Shown here: positions 15,496-24,398 of the stretch, piece by piece
Layout of the letters: every line of letters starts with the position of its first letter
Numbering within the stretch: position 1 is the stretch's first letter
Source: Lachnospiraceae bacterium
GTDB taxonomy: Bacteria; Bacillota; Clostridia; Lachnospirales; Lachnospiraceae
Reading direction: 5' to 3'
DNA length: 64,000 nt
Assembly: GCA_051879015.1 (NCBI GenBank)
Contig: JBJELF010000040.1
Location: 2,823 to 66,822, forward strand
Notes under the pieces: model-generated
What the model saw: the letters and a program-made list of their open reading frames with translations, nothing else
What the model was told of the DNA's origin: nothing
Databases searched by the model: none
Translations under genes and position numbers: made by a program

Positions 15496-17322
15496 ATGAA
15501 AAGAGAAGATATTAGAAATGTAGCTATTATTGCTCATGTAGACCACGGTAAGACCACATTGGTGGATGAATTATTGAAGCAAAGTGGTGTGTTCCGTGAG
15601 AATCAGGAAGTGCAGGAGCGTGTCATGGATTCCAACGATATTGAAAGAGAGAGAGGCATTACCATTCTTTCTAAAAATACCGCTATTTATTATAAAAATA
15701 CTAAAATCAATATTATTGATACTCCTGGACATGCTGACTTTGGCGGTGAAGTAGAGCGTGTGCTGAAGATGGTGAATGGTGTTATTCTGGTAGTAGATGC
15801 CTTTGAGGGTGCTATGCCGCAAACTAAGTTTGTGCTGCAGAAGGCATTGGAGCTAAATCTTTCCGTCATCGTATGCATCAACAAAATTGACCGTCCAGAG
15901 GCAAGACCGGAAGAGGTCATTGATGAAGTTTTGGAGCTTTTGATGGATTTGGATGCGAATGATGAACAGCTGGAGTGTCCATTTGTCTTTGCTTCTGCAA
16001 AAGCTGGTTATGCTATGAAAAATTTGGATGACCCAAGGGAAAATATGATTCCATTGTTTGAGACTATTTTGGAGCATATTCCAGCGCCAGAGGGAGATCC
16101 TGATGCAGGTACTCAGGTACTTATCAGTACCATCGACTACAATGAATATGTTGGACGTATTGGTATCGGTAAAGTGGATAATGGAACAATTGCAGTAAAT
16201 CAGGAATGTTTGGTTTTAAATCATCATGACCCGGATAAGAGACAGCACGTAAAGATTAGCAAATTATATGAGTTTGATGGATTAAATAAAGTCGAAGTAA
16301 AAGAAGCTAATATTGGTTCTATTGTAGCGATTTCTGGTATTGCGGATCTGCATATCGGTGATACCCTGTGCTCTCCGGAAAACCCAGTGGCAATTCCATT
16401 CCAGAAGATTTCAGAGCCAACCATTGCTATGCAGTTTATGGTAAATGACAGTCCATTTGCTGGACAGGAAGGTAAATTTGTCACATCCAGACATCTGCGT
16501 GACCGATTATTCCGTGAGCTGAACACCGATGTATCTTTGCGTGTGGAGGAGACAGAATCAACCGAGTGTTTTAAGGTATCTGGTCGTGGTGAGCTTCACT
16601 TGTCCGTATTGATTGAGAACATGAGACGTGAGGGATATGAGTTTGCAGTCAGCAAGGCGGAGGTGTTGACCAAGCGTGATGAGAGAAATCGACTTCTTGA
16701 GCCTATGGAGTTAGTTTATGTTGATGTGCCAGAGGAATTTTCAGGCAATGTCATTCAAAAGCTGAGCAGCCGCAAAGGTGAGCTGATGGGTATGAGCGAG
16801 GGCAATGGAGGATATACCAGACTTGAATTTTCTATCCCATCGAGAGGTTTGATTGGATATCGTGGTGATTTTATGACGGATACCAAAGGAAATGGTATTA
16901 TGAATACAATTTTTGATGGATATGATTTATATAAGGGTGAGATTGCTTACAGAAAACAAGGTTCTCTGATTGCCTTTGAGACAGGTACTTCTGTCACCTA
17001 TGGTCTGTTTAATGCTCAGGAACGTGGAACTTTGTTTATCGGTGCTGGAGAAAAGGTTTATGGCGGTATGATTGTAGGGCAGAATGGTCGTGGCGAGGAT
17101 ATCGAGGTCAATGTCTGCAAGAAAAAACAGCTGACAAACACCCGCGCTTCTGGTTCCGATGATGCATTAAAGCTGACTACTCCAAAGGTGATGAGTCTAG
17201 AGCAGTGTTTGGACTTTATTGAGACAGACGAACTTTTGGAAATCACTCCCAAGAGTTTACGAATCCGCAAGAAGATTTTGGATCCCACTATGAGAAAGAG
17301 AGCTGCTATCCATAAAGGTTGA
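15496..17322 (+). CDS. typA: Translational GTPase TypA/BipA
   Basis: IRNVAIIAHVDHGKTTLVD, DTPGHADFGGEVER and NKIDR. Start re-picked at MKREDIRN (ATG at 15496). Confidence 0.93.
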   Translation: MKREDIRNVAIIAHVDHGKTTLVDELLKQSGVFRENQEVQERVMDSNDIERERGITILSKNTAIYYKNTKINIIDTPGHADFGGEVERVLKMVNGVILVVDAFEGAMPQTKFVLQKALELNLSVIVCINKIDRPEARPEEVIDEVLELLMDLDANDEQLECPFVFASAKAGYAMKNLDDPRENMIPLFETILEHIPAPEGDPDAGTQVLISTIDYNEYVGRIGIGKVDNGTIAVNQECLVLNHHDPDKRQHVKISKLYEFDGLNKVEVKEANIGSIVAISGIADLHIGDTLCSPENPVAIPFQKISEPTIAMQFMVNDSPFAGQEGKFVTSRHLRDRLFRELNTDVSLRVEETESTECFKVSGRGELHLSVLIENMRREGYEFAVSKAEVLTKRDERNRLLEPMELVYVDVPEEFSGNVIQKLSSRKGELMGMSEGNGGYTRLEFSIPSRGLIGYRGDFMTDTKGNGIMNTIFDGYDLYKGEIAYRKQGSLIAFETGTSVTYGLFNAQERGTLFIGAGEKVYGGMIVGQNGRGEDIEVNVCKKKQLTNTRASGSDDALKLTTPKVMSLEQCLDFIETDELLEITPKSLRIRKKILDPTMRKRAAIHKG

Positions 17323-17346
17323 TAGTTCAGCAGAGAGGAAAAAAGA

Positions 17347-17640
17347 ATGGCAAATATTATTTCAGATGAGACGATTGAATATGTAGGAATTCTTGCAAAG
17401 CTGGAGCTTTCTGATGAAGAAAAGGAGGCTGCTAAGAAGGATATGGGCAGTATGTTGGATTACATTGATAAGCTCAATGAGTTGGATACCACAGGAGTGG
17501 AGCCTATGAGCCATGTATTTCCAGTAAATAATGTATTTCGTGAGGATATTGTCACAAATGCAGACACAAGAGATGCTATTTTGGCCAATGCGCCAGAAGA
17601 AAAAGACGGCAGCTTTAAAGTTCCGAAGACAGTAGAGTAG
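17347..17640 (+). CDS. gatC: Asp/Glu-tRNA amidotransferase subunit C
   Basis: 97 aa, with [10 protein letters not shown] and [11 protein letters not shown], followed directly by gatA and gatB. Confidence 0.9.
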   Translation: MANIISDETIEYVGILAKLELSDEEKEAAKKDMGSMLDYIDKLNELDTTGVEPMSHVFPVNNVFREDIVTNADTRDAILANAPEEKDGSFKVPKTVE

Positions 17641-17653
17641 GAGGATTCTTGCG

Positions 17654-19117
17654 ATGAATTGGATGAGTTTGACAGCAGTAGAGCTGGGAAAGAAAATAAA
17701 AGCAGGAGAAGTCAGCGTGGTGGAAGCTACTAAGGCGGCTCTGGAAAATATCAAGAAGGCGGAGCCAATCTGTCATAGCTATGTGACCGTCACTGAGGAG
17801 GCAGCTTTAAAGAAGGCAGAAGAAATTCAGAAAAAAATTGATGCGGGAGAGTTGACCGGACCGTTAGCTGGTGTGCCAGTGGCTATCAAGGACAATATGT
17901 GTACGGAAGGCTTGCTGACTACCTGCTCTTCAAAAATTTTGTATAATTTTGTACCAACTTACACCGCAGAGGCAGTGTTGAATTTGGAAAAGGCTGGAGC
18001 AGTGATTTTGGGTAAAACAAATATGGATGAGTTTGCCATGGGAAGTACCACAGAAACATCAGCCTTTGGTGAGACAAAAAATCCATGGAACCCGGAGCAT
18101 GTGCCAGGTGGTTCCTCTGGAGGTTCTGCGGCAGCGGTGGCAGCACAGGAGTGCTCTTATGCATTAGGTTCTGATACGGGTGGCTCCATTCGTCAGCCTT
18201 GTTCTTACTGTGGTATCACAGGTATGAAACCAACATATGGTACCGTATCTCGATATGGATTGATTGCCTATGGTTCCTCTTTGGATCAGATTGGTCCGAT
18301 GGCAAAGGATGTGACCGATGTAGCTACCATTTTGGAAGCGATTGCCTCCTATGATCCAAAGGACAGCACCAGTGTCAAGAGAGAGGATTATGATTTTACC
18401 TCTGCCCTTGTGGATGATGTGAAGGGAATGAAGATTGGCATTCCAAAGGATTATTTTGGAGATGGTTTAGATGTGGAAGTCAAGGAAGCAATCTTGAATG
18501 CCGTTCATAAATTGGAAGAAAAAGGTGCTATCGTGGAGATGTTTGACTTGAGTCTGGTGGATTACGCTATTCCAGCATACTATGTCATCGCTTCCGCAGA
18601 GGCAAGTTCCAATTTGGCTCGTTTTGACGGTGTTAAGTATGGTTACCGTACCGAGGATTATGAAGGTCTTCATAATATGTACAAAAAATCTCGCTCGGAA
18701 GGTTTTGGACCAGAGGTAAAGAGACGTATTATGCTGGGCTCTTTTGTGCTGAGCTCCGGTTACTATGATGCCTATTATTTAAAGGCACTTCGTACCAAAG
18801 CGATGATTAAGAAAGCTTTTGATGAAGCTTTTGCCAAGTATGATGTTATTGTGGCACCAGCGGCACCGACTACGGCACCTAAGTTGGGAGAAAGTTTGAG
18901 CAATCCAATTCAGATGTATCTGAGCGATATTTATACCATTTCGGTCAATTTGGCAGGCTTGCCGGGTATGACAATTCCCTGTGGTGTGGACAGCAAAGGT
19001 CTTCCAATCGGTATGCAGTTGATTGGTGATTGTTTCCAAGAAAAGAAATTAATTCGTACCGGTTATGCTTTCGAGCAGACAAAGACCTATCAGCGACCTG
19101 CCATGGTGGAAGAATAA
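17654..19117 (+). CDS. gatA: Asp/Glu-tRNA amidotransferase subunit A
   Basis: Amidase signature GGSSGGSAAAVAA...GSDTGGSIRQP. Confidence 0.93.
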   Translation: MNWMSLTAVELGKKIKAGEVSVVEATKAALENIKKAEPICHSYVTVTEEAALKKAEEIQKKIDAGELTGPLAGVPVAIKDNMCTEGLLTTCSSKILYNFVPTYTAEAVLNLEKAGAVILGKTNMDEFAMGSTTETSAFGETKNPWNPEHVPGGSSGGSAAAVAAQECSYALGSDTGGSIRQPCSYCGITGMKPTYGTVSRYGLIAYGSSLDQIGPMAKDVTDVATILEAIASYDPKDSTSVKREDYDFTSALVDDVKGMKIGIPKDYFGDGLDVEVKEAILNAVHKLEEKGAIVEMFDLSLVDYAIPAYYVIASAEASSNLARFDGVKYGYRTEDYEGLHNMYKKSRSEGFGPEVKRRIMLGSFVLSSGYYDAYYLKALRTKAMIKKAFDEAFAKYDVIVAPAAPTTAPKLGESLSNPIQMYLSDIYTISVNLAGLPGMTIPCGVDSKGLPIGMQLIGDCFQEKKLIRTGYAFEQTKTYQRPAMVEE

Positions 19118-19130
19118 GGAGGAGAAAAAA

Positions 19131-20570
19131 ATGGCAAAACAATATGAAACTGTAATTGGTTTGGAGGTTCATGTAGAACTTGCCACCAAGACAAAAATTT
19201 TTTGCGGCTGCAGCACTGCTTTTGGTGGTGCACCAAATACCCACACCTGCCCTGTCTGCACAGGTATGCCGGGTTCTCTTCCTGTATTGAATAAGCAAGT
19301 GGTAGAGTATGCTATGGCAGTGGGATTGGCTACAAATTGTCAGATTACTCGATACAGTAAATTTGACAGAAAAAATTATTTCTATCCAGATAATCCACAA
19401 AATTACCAGATTTCTCAGCTCTATGCACCAATCTGTCATGATGGCTATGTAGAGATTGAGGTGAATGGCACTAAGAAGCAGGTGCGAATTCATGAGATTC
19501 ACATGGAGGAAGATGCGGGCAAGTTGATTCATGATGAGTGGGATGATTGTTCATTGGTTGATTTCAATCGTTCCGGTGTGCCGCTGATTGAGATTGTGTC
19601 AGAACCCGATATGCGTTCTGCGGAGGAAGTTATCGCTTATCTGGATAAATTGAGATTGACGATTCAGTATCTGGGGGCTTCTGACTGTAAGCTGCAGGAA
19701 GGGTCGATGCGTGCTGATGTTAATTTGTCTGTCAGAGAGGTAGGCAGTGAGAAATTTGGCACTCGTACTGAAATGAAAAATTTGAACTCTTTTAAAGCTA
19801 TCGCTCGAGCAATCGCTGGTGAGAGAGAAAGACAGATTGATTTGATTGAGGCGGGGAAAGCAGTGATTCAGGAAACCAGACGTTGGGATGATAACAAAGG
19901 TTCTTCTTATGCTATGCGCTCCAAGGAAGATGCACAGGATTATCGTTATTTCCCAGAGCCAGATTTGGTTCCGCTGGTTATCAGCGAAGAATGGATTCAG
20001 AGGATTAAGGCTCGCCAGCCAGAATTTCGCGATGCAAAAAAGGCAAGGTATATTGCGGAGTATGAGCTCCCGGAATATGATGCAGATATCTTGACAGAGA
20101 CTAAAAAATTAGCTGATTTGTTTGAGGAAACCATTGCCTGTGGTGCTCAGCCCAAAAAAGTTTCCAACTGGCTGATGGTAGAGACAATGCGTTTGATGAA
20201 AGAGCATAGTATGGACCCGGAAAATTTGAGATTTTCTCCAGCGCATCTGGCTGCATTGATTGCTATGGTGGATAAGAAAGAAATCAACAGCACTGTGGCT
20301 AAGCAAGTGTTTGAGATGATGTTTGCAGAGGATGTGGATCCAGTAGCATATGTGGAGAAAAATGGATTAAAAACCGTCAGTGATGATGGAGCGCTGCGCA
20401 GTGTCATCGAAGGTATCATTGACAAAAATCCAAAGGCTGTTGAGGATTTTAAGGCAGGCAAGAAGAAAGCTGCCGGTGCTATCGTAGGACAAACAATGAA
20501 GGCTATGAAAGGAAAAGCGGATCCAGCAACAGTAAATCGATTGGTGGCAGAGATTTTGGCATCAAAATGA
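19131..20570 (+). CDS. gatB: Asp/Glu-tRNA amidotransferase subunit B
   Basis: YETVIGLEVHVEL, NTHTCPVCTGMPG and a C-terminal YqeY-like tail. Start re-picked at the ATG at 19131, after AAGGAGGAG. Confidence 0.93.
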   Translation: MAKQYETVIGLEVHVELATKTKIFCGCSTAFGGAPNTHTCPVCTGMPGSLPVLNKQVVEYAMAVGLATNCQITRYSKFDRKNYFYPDNPQNYQISQLYAPICHDGYVEIEVNGTKKQVRIHEIHMEEDAGKLIHDEWDDCSLVDFNRSGVPLIEIVSEPDMRSAEEVIAYLDKLRLTIQYLGASDCKLQEGSMRADVNLSVREVGSEKFGTRTEMKNLNSFKAIARAIAGERERQIDLIEAGKAVIQETRRWDDNKGSSYAMRSKEDAQDYRYFPEPDLVPLVISEEWIQRIKARQPEFRDAKKARYIAEYELPEYDADILTETKKLADLFEETIACGAQPKKVSNWLMVETMRLMKEHSMDPENLRFSPAHLAALIAMVDKKEINSTVAKQVFEMMFAEDVDPVAYVEKNGLKTVSDDGALRSVIEGIIDKNPKAVEDFKAGKKKAAGAIVGQTMKAMKGKADPATVNRLVAEILASK

Positions 20571-20605
20571 TGTTGGGGTCAAAAGCAATGTTGACCCCTT
20601 AATAC
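20569..20605. repeat. Short copy of the dispersed hairpin repeat, placed as a bidirectional terminator between convergent genes
   Basis: gatgttggggtcaaaagcaatgttgaccccttaatac. Compare 49487 (ggatgttggggccaaaaaatattttgaccccttgatac) and 57516. Confidence 0.65.
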
Positions 20606-20609
20606 TTAT

Positions 20610-20972
20610 TTAGCTGACCATGCCTCCTACCATGCCGCTCACACTGCAAAGTCCGAGAGCAATCAGCATGTGGGGCACACTTTGGACCATTTCTTTCTGA
20701 ATCAGAAAGGAGATGCCCAACAAAATACTGAAATATAAAATTCCTTCTAATAGTCCCCACAGAAATTTTTTCTGTGAGGACTGTTTTCCTGCTAAGAATC
20801 CTCCGACGAAGCATACAATCATGTAAATGCCGTAGGCGAACAGAGTCAGCTGTTCATCGGCTATTTTAAATTTCAGCAAAAGGAAGGCCAGAATAGACAG
20901 CAAAACAGCTGTGATTATGTAGCAAAGAAGCAGTATTTTCATCATCGGAATGATAGGAAATTTGTTTTTCAT
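20610..20972 (-). CDS. Small integral membrane protein, possibly TIGR04086-like
   Basis: 120 aa with four predicted TM segments and Gly-rich helix ends (VGGFLAG, GMVGGMVS). RBS AGGAG. Confidence 0.55.
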   Translation of the reverse strand: MKNKFPIIPMMKILLLCYIITAVLLSILAFLLLKFKIADEQLTLFAYGIYMIVCFVGGFLAGKQSSQKKFLWGLLEGILYFSILLGISFLIQKEMVQSVPHMLIALGLCSVSGMVGGMVS

Positions 20973-21155
20973 AAGAATCTCCTGAAAAGCTTTCTATAAT
21001 TTTATTGCATAAACTTCAATTTCATGCTAAAATCGGAATGTTTCATATTTTTTATTTACATTAACGGCGGAAATGAAAGCTGGCCGTTCATTTTAGCCGA
21101 GGAAACAGCTTCTGGTGAATGAAAGCTGTAAGGCCGACAATAAAATTTTATAGGA

Positions 21156-22433
21156 GTGAAAATTTTGGACTCAAGTGACGTCATACAACTAGGATGTTTA
21201 GTTGTGTTCCTGCTGTTATCTTCTTTTTTTTCATCTGCAGAGACAGCACTTATTACCTGCAATCGTATTCGTATCCGTACTTTGGCAGAGGAGGGAAATC
21301 AAAGGGCTATTACATTGGAAAAGGTCTTGGAAGATCAGAGCAAAATGTTAGGTGCAATTTTGATTGGCAACAACATTGTCAATTTGTCTGCATCATCTGT
21401 CGCAACCTTGCTTGCTGATAAATTGCTCGGAAGCAGTGGTGCTGCCATTGCAACAGGTCTTTTAACCTTGCTGATTTTGATTTTTGGTGAGCTTTCTCCA
21501 AAAACAATGGCGACTATTCATGCTGAGTCAATGGCATTAAAGTATGCAAGACCGATTCATATTTTAATGGTGTTGTTTACACCAGTTATTTTTGTAGTAA
21601 ATAAGTTGTCTCGTGGCTTTATTCGCTTAATGGGTACGGATCCTGATGAAAAAAATAATACCATGACTGAGAGTGAACTGCGTACGATTGTGGATGTAAG
21701 CCATGAGGATGGTGTTATCGAAAGTGATGAGCGAAAGATGATTAACAATGTGGTAGATTTTGGAGATTCTCGAGCAAGAGATGTGATGGTTCCACGAATT
21801 GATATGGTGTTTGCTCAGGTTGATATGAGCTATGAGGAATTGTTAAATATTTTTAAAGAAGAGCGCTATACGCGACTGCCTGTTTATGAGGAGAGTATTG
21901 ATGATGTTATTGGTATCATCAATATGAAAGACTTACTCTTATATAAAGAGGGAACTCCTTTTTCCATACGAAATTATCTGCGAGAACCTTATTATGCCTA
22001 CGAATTTAAACGTACCTCCGAAATTATGCATGATATGAAACTGAAAAAATCTTCTGTGACGATAGTGCTGGATGAGTACGGTACGACGGCAGGGTTAATT
22101 ACCTTTGAAGATTTGATTGAGGAGATTGTAGGAGACATTCGTGATGAGTATGATGAGGACGAAGTTGATGAGATTCGTGCAGTTGGTGAAAATGCTTACA
22201 TGATTTCTGCCTCAGCGCATCTTGATGAAATCAATGAAGTATTGGAGATTGAGTTGGAGTCTGAGGAATATGATACCCTTGGTGGATATATGATTGAACG
22301 TCTGGATCATTTGCCGAAGGAAGGAGAACAGATTGAGAATGAGGATGCTGTTTTCACGGTAGAGAAGGTGGACAAAAATCGTATTGATATGGTGTACGTT
22401 GTTTTGAAGGAAAAAGAAACGACAGAGGAATAG
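21156..22433 (+). CDS. Hemolysin-family / CNNM (DUF21)-CBS-CorC_HlyC membrane protein
   Basis: N-terminal DUF21 TM domain, a CBS pair (RDVMVPRIDM...VIGIINMKDLL) and C-terminal CorC_HlyC (GGYMIERLDHLPKEGE). GTG start. Confidence 0.85.
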   Translation: MKILDSSDVIQLGCLVVFLLLSSFFSSAETALITCNRIRIRTLAEEGNQRAITLEKVLEDQSKMLGAILIGNNIVNLSASSVATLLADKLLGSSGAAIATGLLTLLILIFGELSPKTMATIHAESMALKYARPIHILMVLFTPVIFVVNKLSRGFIRLMGTDPDEKNNTMTESELRTIVDVSHEDGVIESDERKMINNVVDFGDSRARDVMVPRIDMVFAQVDMSYEELLNIFKEERYTRLPVYEESIDDVIGIINMKDLLLYKEGTPFSIRNYLREPYYAYEFKRTSEIMHDMKLKKSSVTIVLDEYGTTAGLITFEDLIEEIVGDIRDEYDEDEVDEIRAVGENAYMISASAHLDEINEVLEIELESEEYDTLGGYMIERLDHLPKEGEQIENEDAVFTVEKVDKNRIDMVYVVLKEKETTEE

Positions 22434-22490
22434 ATTGAAAAAGACAAAGCTTTTTCAATGATATGTACAAGTAAAAAATGTAAAAATATC

Positions 22491-22519
22491 TTTTCAATTT
22501 AGGAAGGGTATGTTATAAT
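22491..22519 (+). promoter_or_regulatory. Candidate extended -10 promoter for the SCIFF operon
   Basis: TTTTCA, a 17-nt spacer, then TGtTATAAT (TATAAT at 22514-22519). Confidence 0.4.
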
Positions 22520-22566
22520 AGTTCACGTATGCCTAAAAAATATTTTCATATAAGGAGGATTTTACG

Positions 22567-22707
22567 ATGAAAAGAGTAAAAACTTTGACAACAAACACCT
22601 TGAAGAACACCTTAAAGAAGGGTGGCTGTGGTGAGTGCCAGACATCTTGCCAGTCCGCATGTAAGACATCCTGTACTGTAGGAAATCAGAGCTGCGAGAA
22701 TAAGTAA
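22567..22707 (+). CDS. SCIFF precursor peptide (six cysteines in forty-five residues class RiPP), 46 aa
   Basis: It is not in the ORF track because it is under 60 aa. My translation is MKRVKTLTTNTLKNTLKKGGCGECQTSCQSACKTSCTVGNQSCENK. It has a strong RBS (AAGGAGG), six Cys in the C-terminal half, a GG motif, and lies immediately upstream of the cognate radical SAM enzyme. Confidence 0.88.
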   Translation: MKRVKTLTTNTLKNTLKKGGCGECQTSCQSACKTSCTVGNQSCENK

Positions 22708-22729
22708 TTTGTTAGGTTAAACAGAAAAA

Positions 22730-22768
22730 GCCGAGGGTGCAGTTGGATGGAATTGCAGCCTCGGTTTT
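22730..22768 (+). terminator. Intra-operon hairpin plus T-tract between the SCIFF peptide and its maturase
   Basis: gccgagggtgcag-ttggatggaat-tgcagcctcggt followed by tttc. Confidence 0.6.
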
Positions 22769-22888
22769 CAATGTGCAAAGTTTGAAGTACAGACAGTGTG
22801 ATAAAGATAATATGATATTGGAGTCAAATGGTCTTTTGCCCCTGGTATTATAACATAAAGTATTAGCAGAAAGTTAGGAGAGAGAATT

Positions 22889-24256
22889 GTGATTCATCAG
22901 TATAAGAGTAATGGATATAACATCGTGCTGGATATCCATTCTGGCTCAGTACATGTAGTGGATGATGTCGTTTATGATGTAATCCCATTATTTGAAGAGC
23001 AGGATGAGACATCCATTGTGGAAGCGTTGTCTGACAAGTATAGTAAAGAAGATGTGGAAGACGCGTGGGAGCAGGTGAAAGAGTTGAAAGATGCAGAGAT
23101 GCTTTTCACCGAGGATATTTATCGTGCCCATGTTATTGATTTTAAGAAGAGAAAGACAGTTGTGAAAGCACTCTGTCTTCATATTGCTCATGACTGTAAT
23201 TTGGCTTGTAAGTATTGTTTTGCTGAGGAAGGCGAGTACCATGGCCGACGTGCTTTGATGAGTTTTGAGGTGGGCAAGAAGGCATTGGATTTCTTGATTG
23301 CCAACTCGGGTAACCGCAGAAATCTGGAGGTGGATTTCTTTGGCGGTGAGCCTCTTATGAATTGGGAAGTGGTTAAGCAGCTGGTAGAGTATGGCCGTGA
23401 ACAGGAAAAGATTTATGATAAAAATTTTCGCTTTACTCTGACGACCAATGGTGTGCTGCTTAATGATGAAATTATGGAATTTTGTAATCGTGAGATGGGC
23501 AATGTGGTGCTGAGTCTGGACGGAAGAAAGGAAGTCAATGACCGTATGCGTCCTTTTAGGAATGGGAAAGGCAGCTACGATTTAATTGTACCAAAGTTTC
23601 AGAAATTTGCAGAAAGCCGTCATCAGGACAAGTATTATGTCAGAGGTACCTTTACTCATGAAAATCTGGATTTTGCAGATGATGTAATTCATTATGCGGA
23701 TTTGGGATTTAAGCAGATGTCTATGGAACCAGTGGTAGCACCACCAGAGGCATCTTATGCCATTCGCGAGGAAGACCTTCCTAAAATTATGGAAGAGTAC
23801 GATAAGCTGGCATTGGAGTACATTAAACGTGCGAAAGAGGGAAATGGATTCAATTTCTTCCATTTTATGATAGATTTGCAGCAGGGACCTTGCGTGTATA
23901 AGCGCATGTCGGGCTGTGGTTCGGGCACCGAGTATTTGGCAGTGACTCCTTGGGGGGATTTATATCCCTGCCATCAATTTGTGGGGAACGAGGAATTTTT
24001 GCTGGGTAATGTGGATGAGGGAATTACGAATACGGCTTGTCGCGATGAATTTAAGCTTTGCAATGTTTATGCAAAAGAAAAATGTCAAAATTGCTTTGCA
24101 AAGTTTTACTGCAGCGGCGGCTGTGCAGCAAATTCCTATCAATTTCATGGCTGCATCACAGATGCCTATGATATTGGCTGTGAGATGGAGCGCAAACGTG
24201 TCGAGTGTGCTATCATGATTAAAGCTGCCTTGGCAGAGGATGAGGAGGAAGAGTGA
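22889..24256 (+). CDS. SCIFF radical SAM maturase (thioether-forming, SPASM domain)
   Basis: The IHQYKSNGYNIVLDIHSGSVHVVDD N-terminus is typical of this family. It has a CNLACKYC radical SAM cluster motif and a Cys-rich C-terminal SPASM region (CGSG...CHQF...CQNCFAKFYCSGGC). GTG start. Confidence 0.9.
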   Translation: MIHQYKSNGYNIVLDIHSGSVHVVDDVVYDVIPLFEEQDETSIVEALSDKYSKEDVEDAWEQVKELKDAEMLFTEDIYRAHVIDFKKRKTVVKALCLHIAHDCNLACKYCFAEEGEYHGRRALMSFEVGKKALDFLIANSGNRRNLEVDFFGGEPLMNWEVVKQLVEYGREQEKIYDKNFRFTLTTNGVLLNDEIMEFCNREMGNVVLSLDGRKEVNDRMRPFRNGKGSYDLIVPKFQKFAESRHQDKYYVRGTFTHENLDFADDVIHYADLGFKQMSMEPVVAPPEASYAIREEDLPKIMEEYDKLALEYIKRAKEGNGFNFFHFMIDLQQGPCVYKRMSGCGSGTEYLAVTPWGDLYPCHQFVGNEEFLLGNVDEGITNTACRDEFKLCNVYAKEKCQNCFAKFYCSGGCAANSYQFHGCITDAYDIGCEMERKRVECAIMIKAALAEDEEEE

Positions 24257-24398
24257 TTCATTCACTTCCAAATAGGGAATCATTCAGTCAGTTGTCCTGT
24301 ATGTTGGAGTTGTTTAGCGACCCAAATGCTCTACGGAGCAAAATAGTTCATGTTGGCTGAATCTTTACCAAAGTTTATCAAAATAAGGAGAGACAGAA

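Noticed and set aside
22434-22459. AT-rich 10-bp hairpin (attgaaaaag...ctttttcaat) after the CNNM gene, considered as a terminator
   Set aside because: The stem is all A/T apart from one G-C pair and has no downstream T-tract. It is too weak to call.
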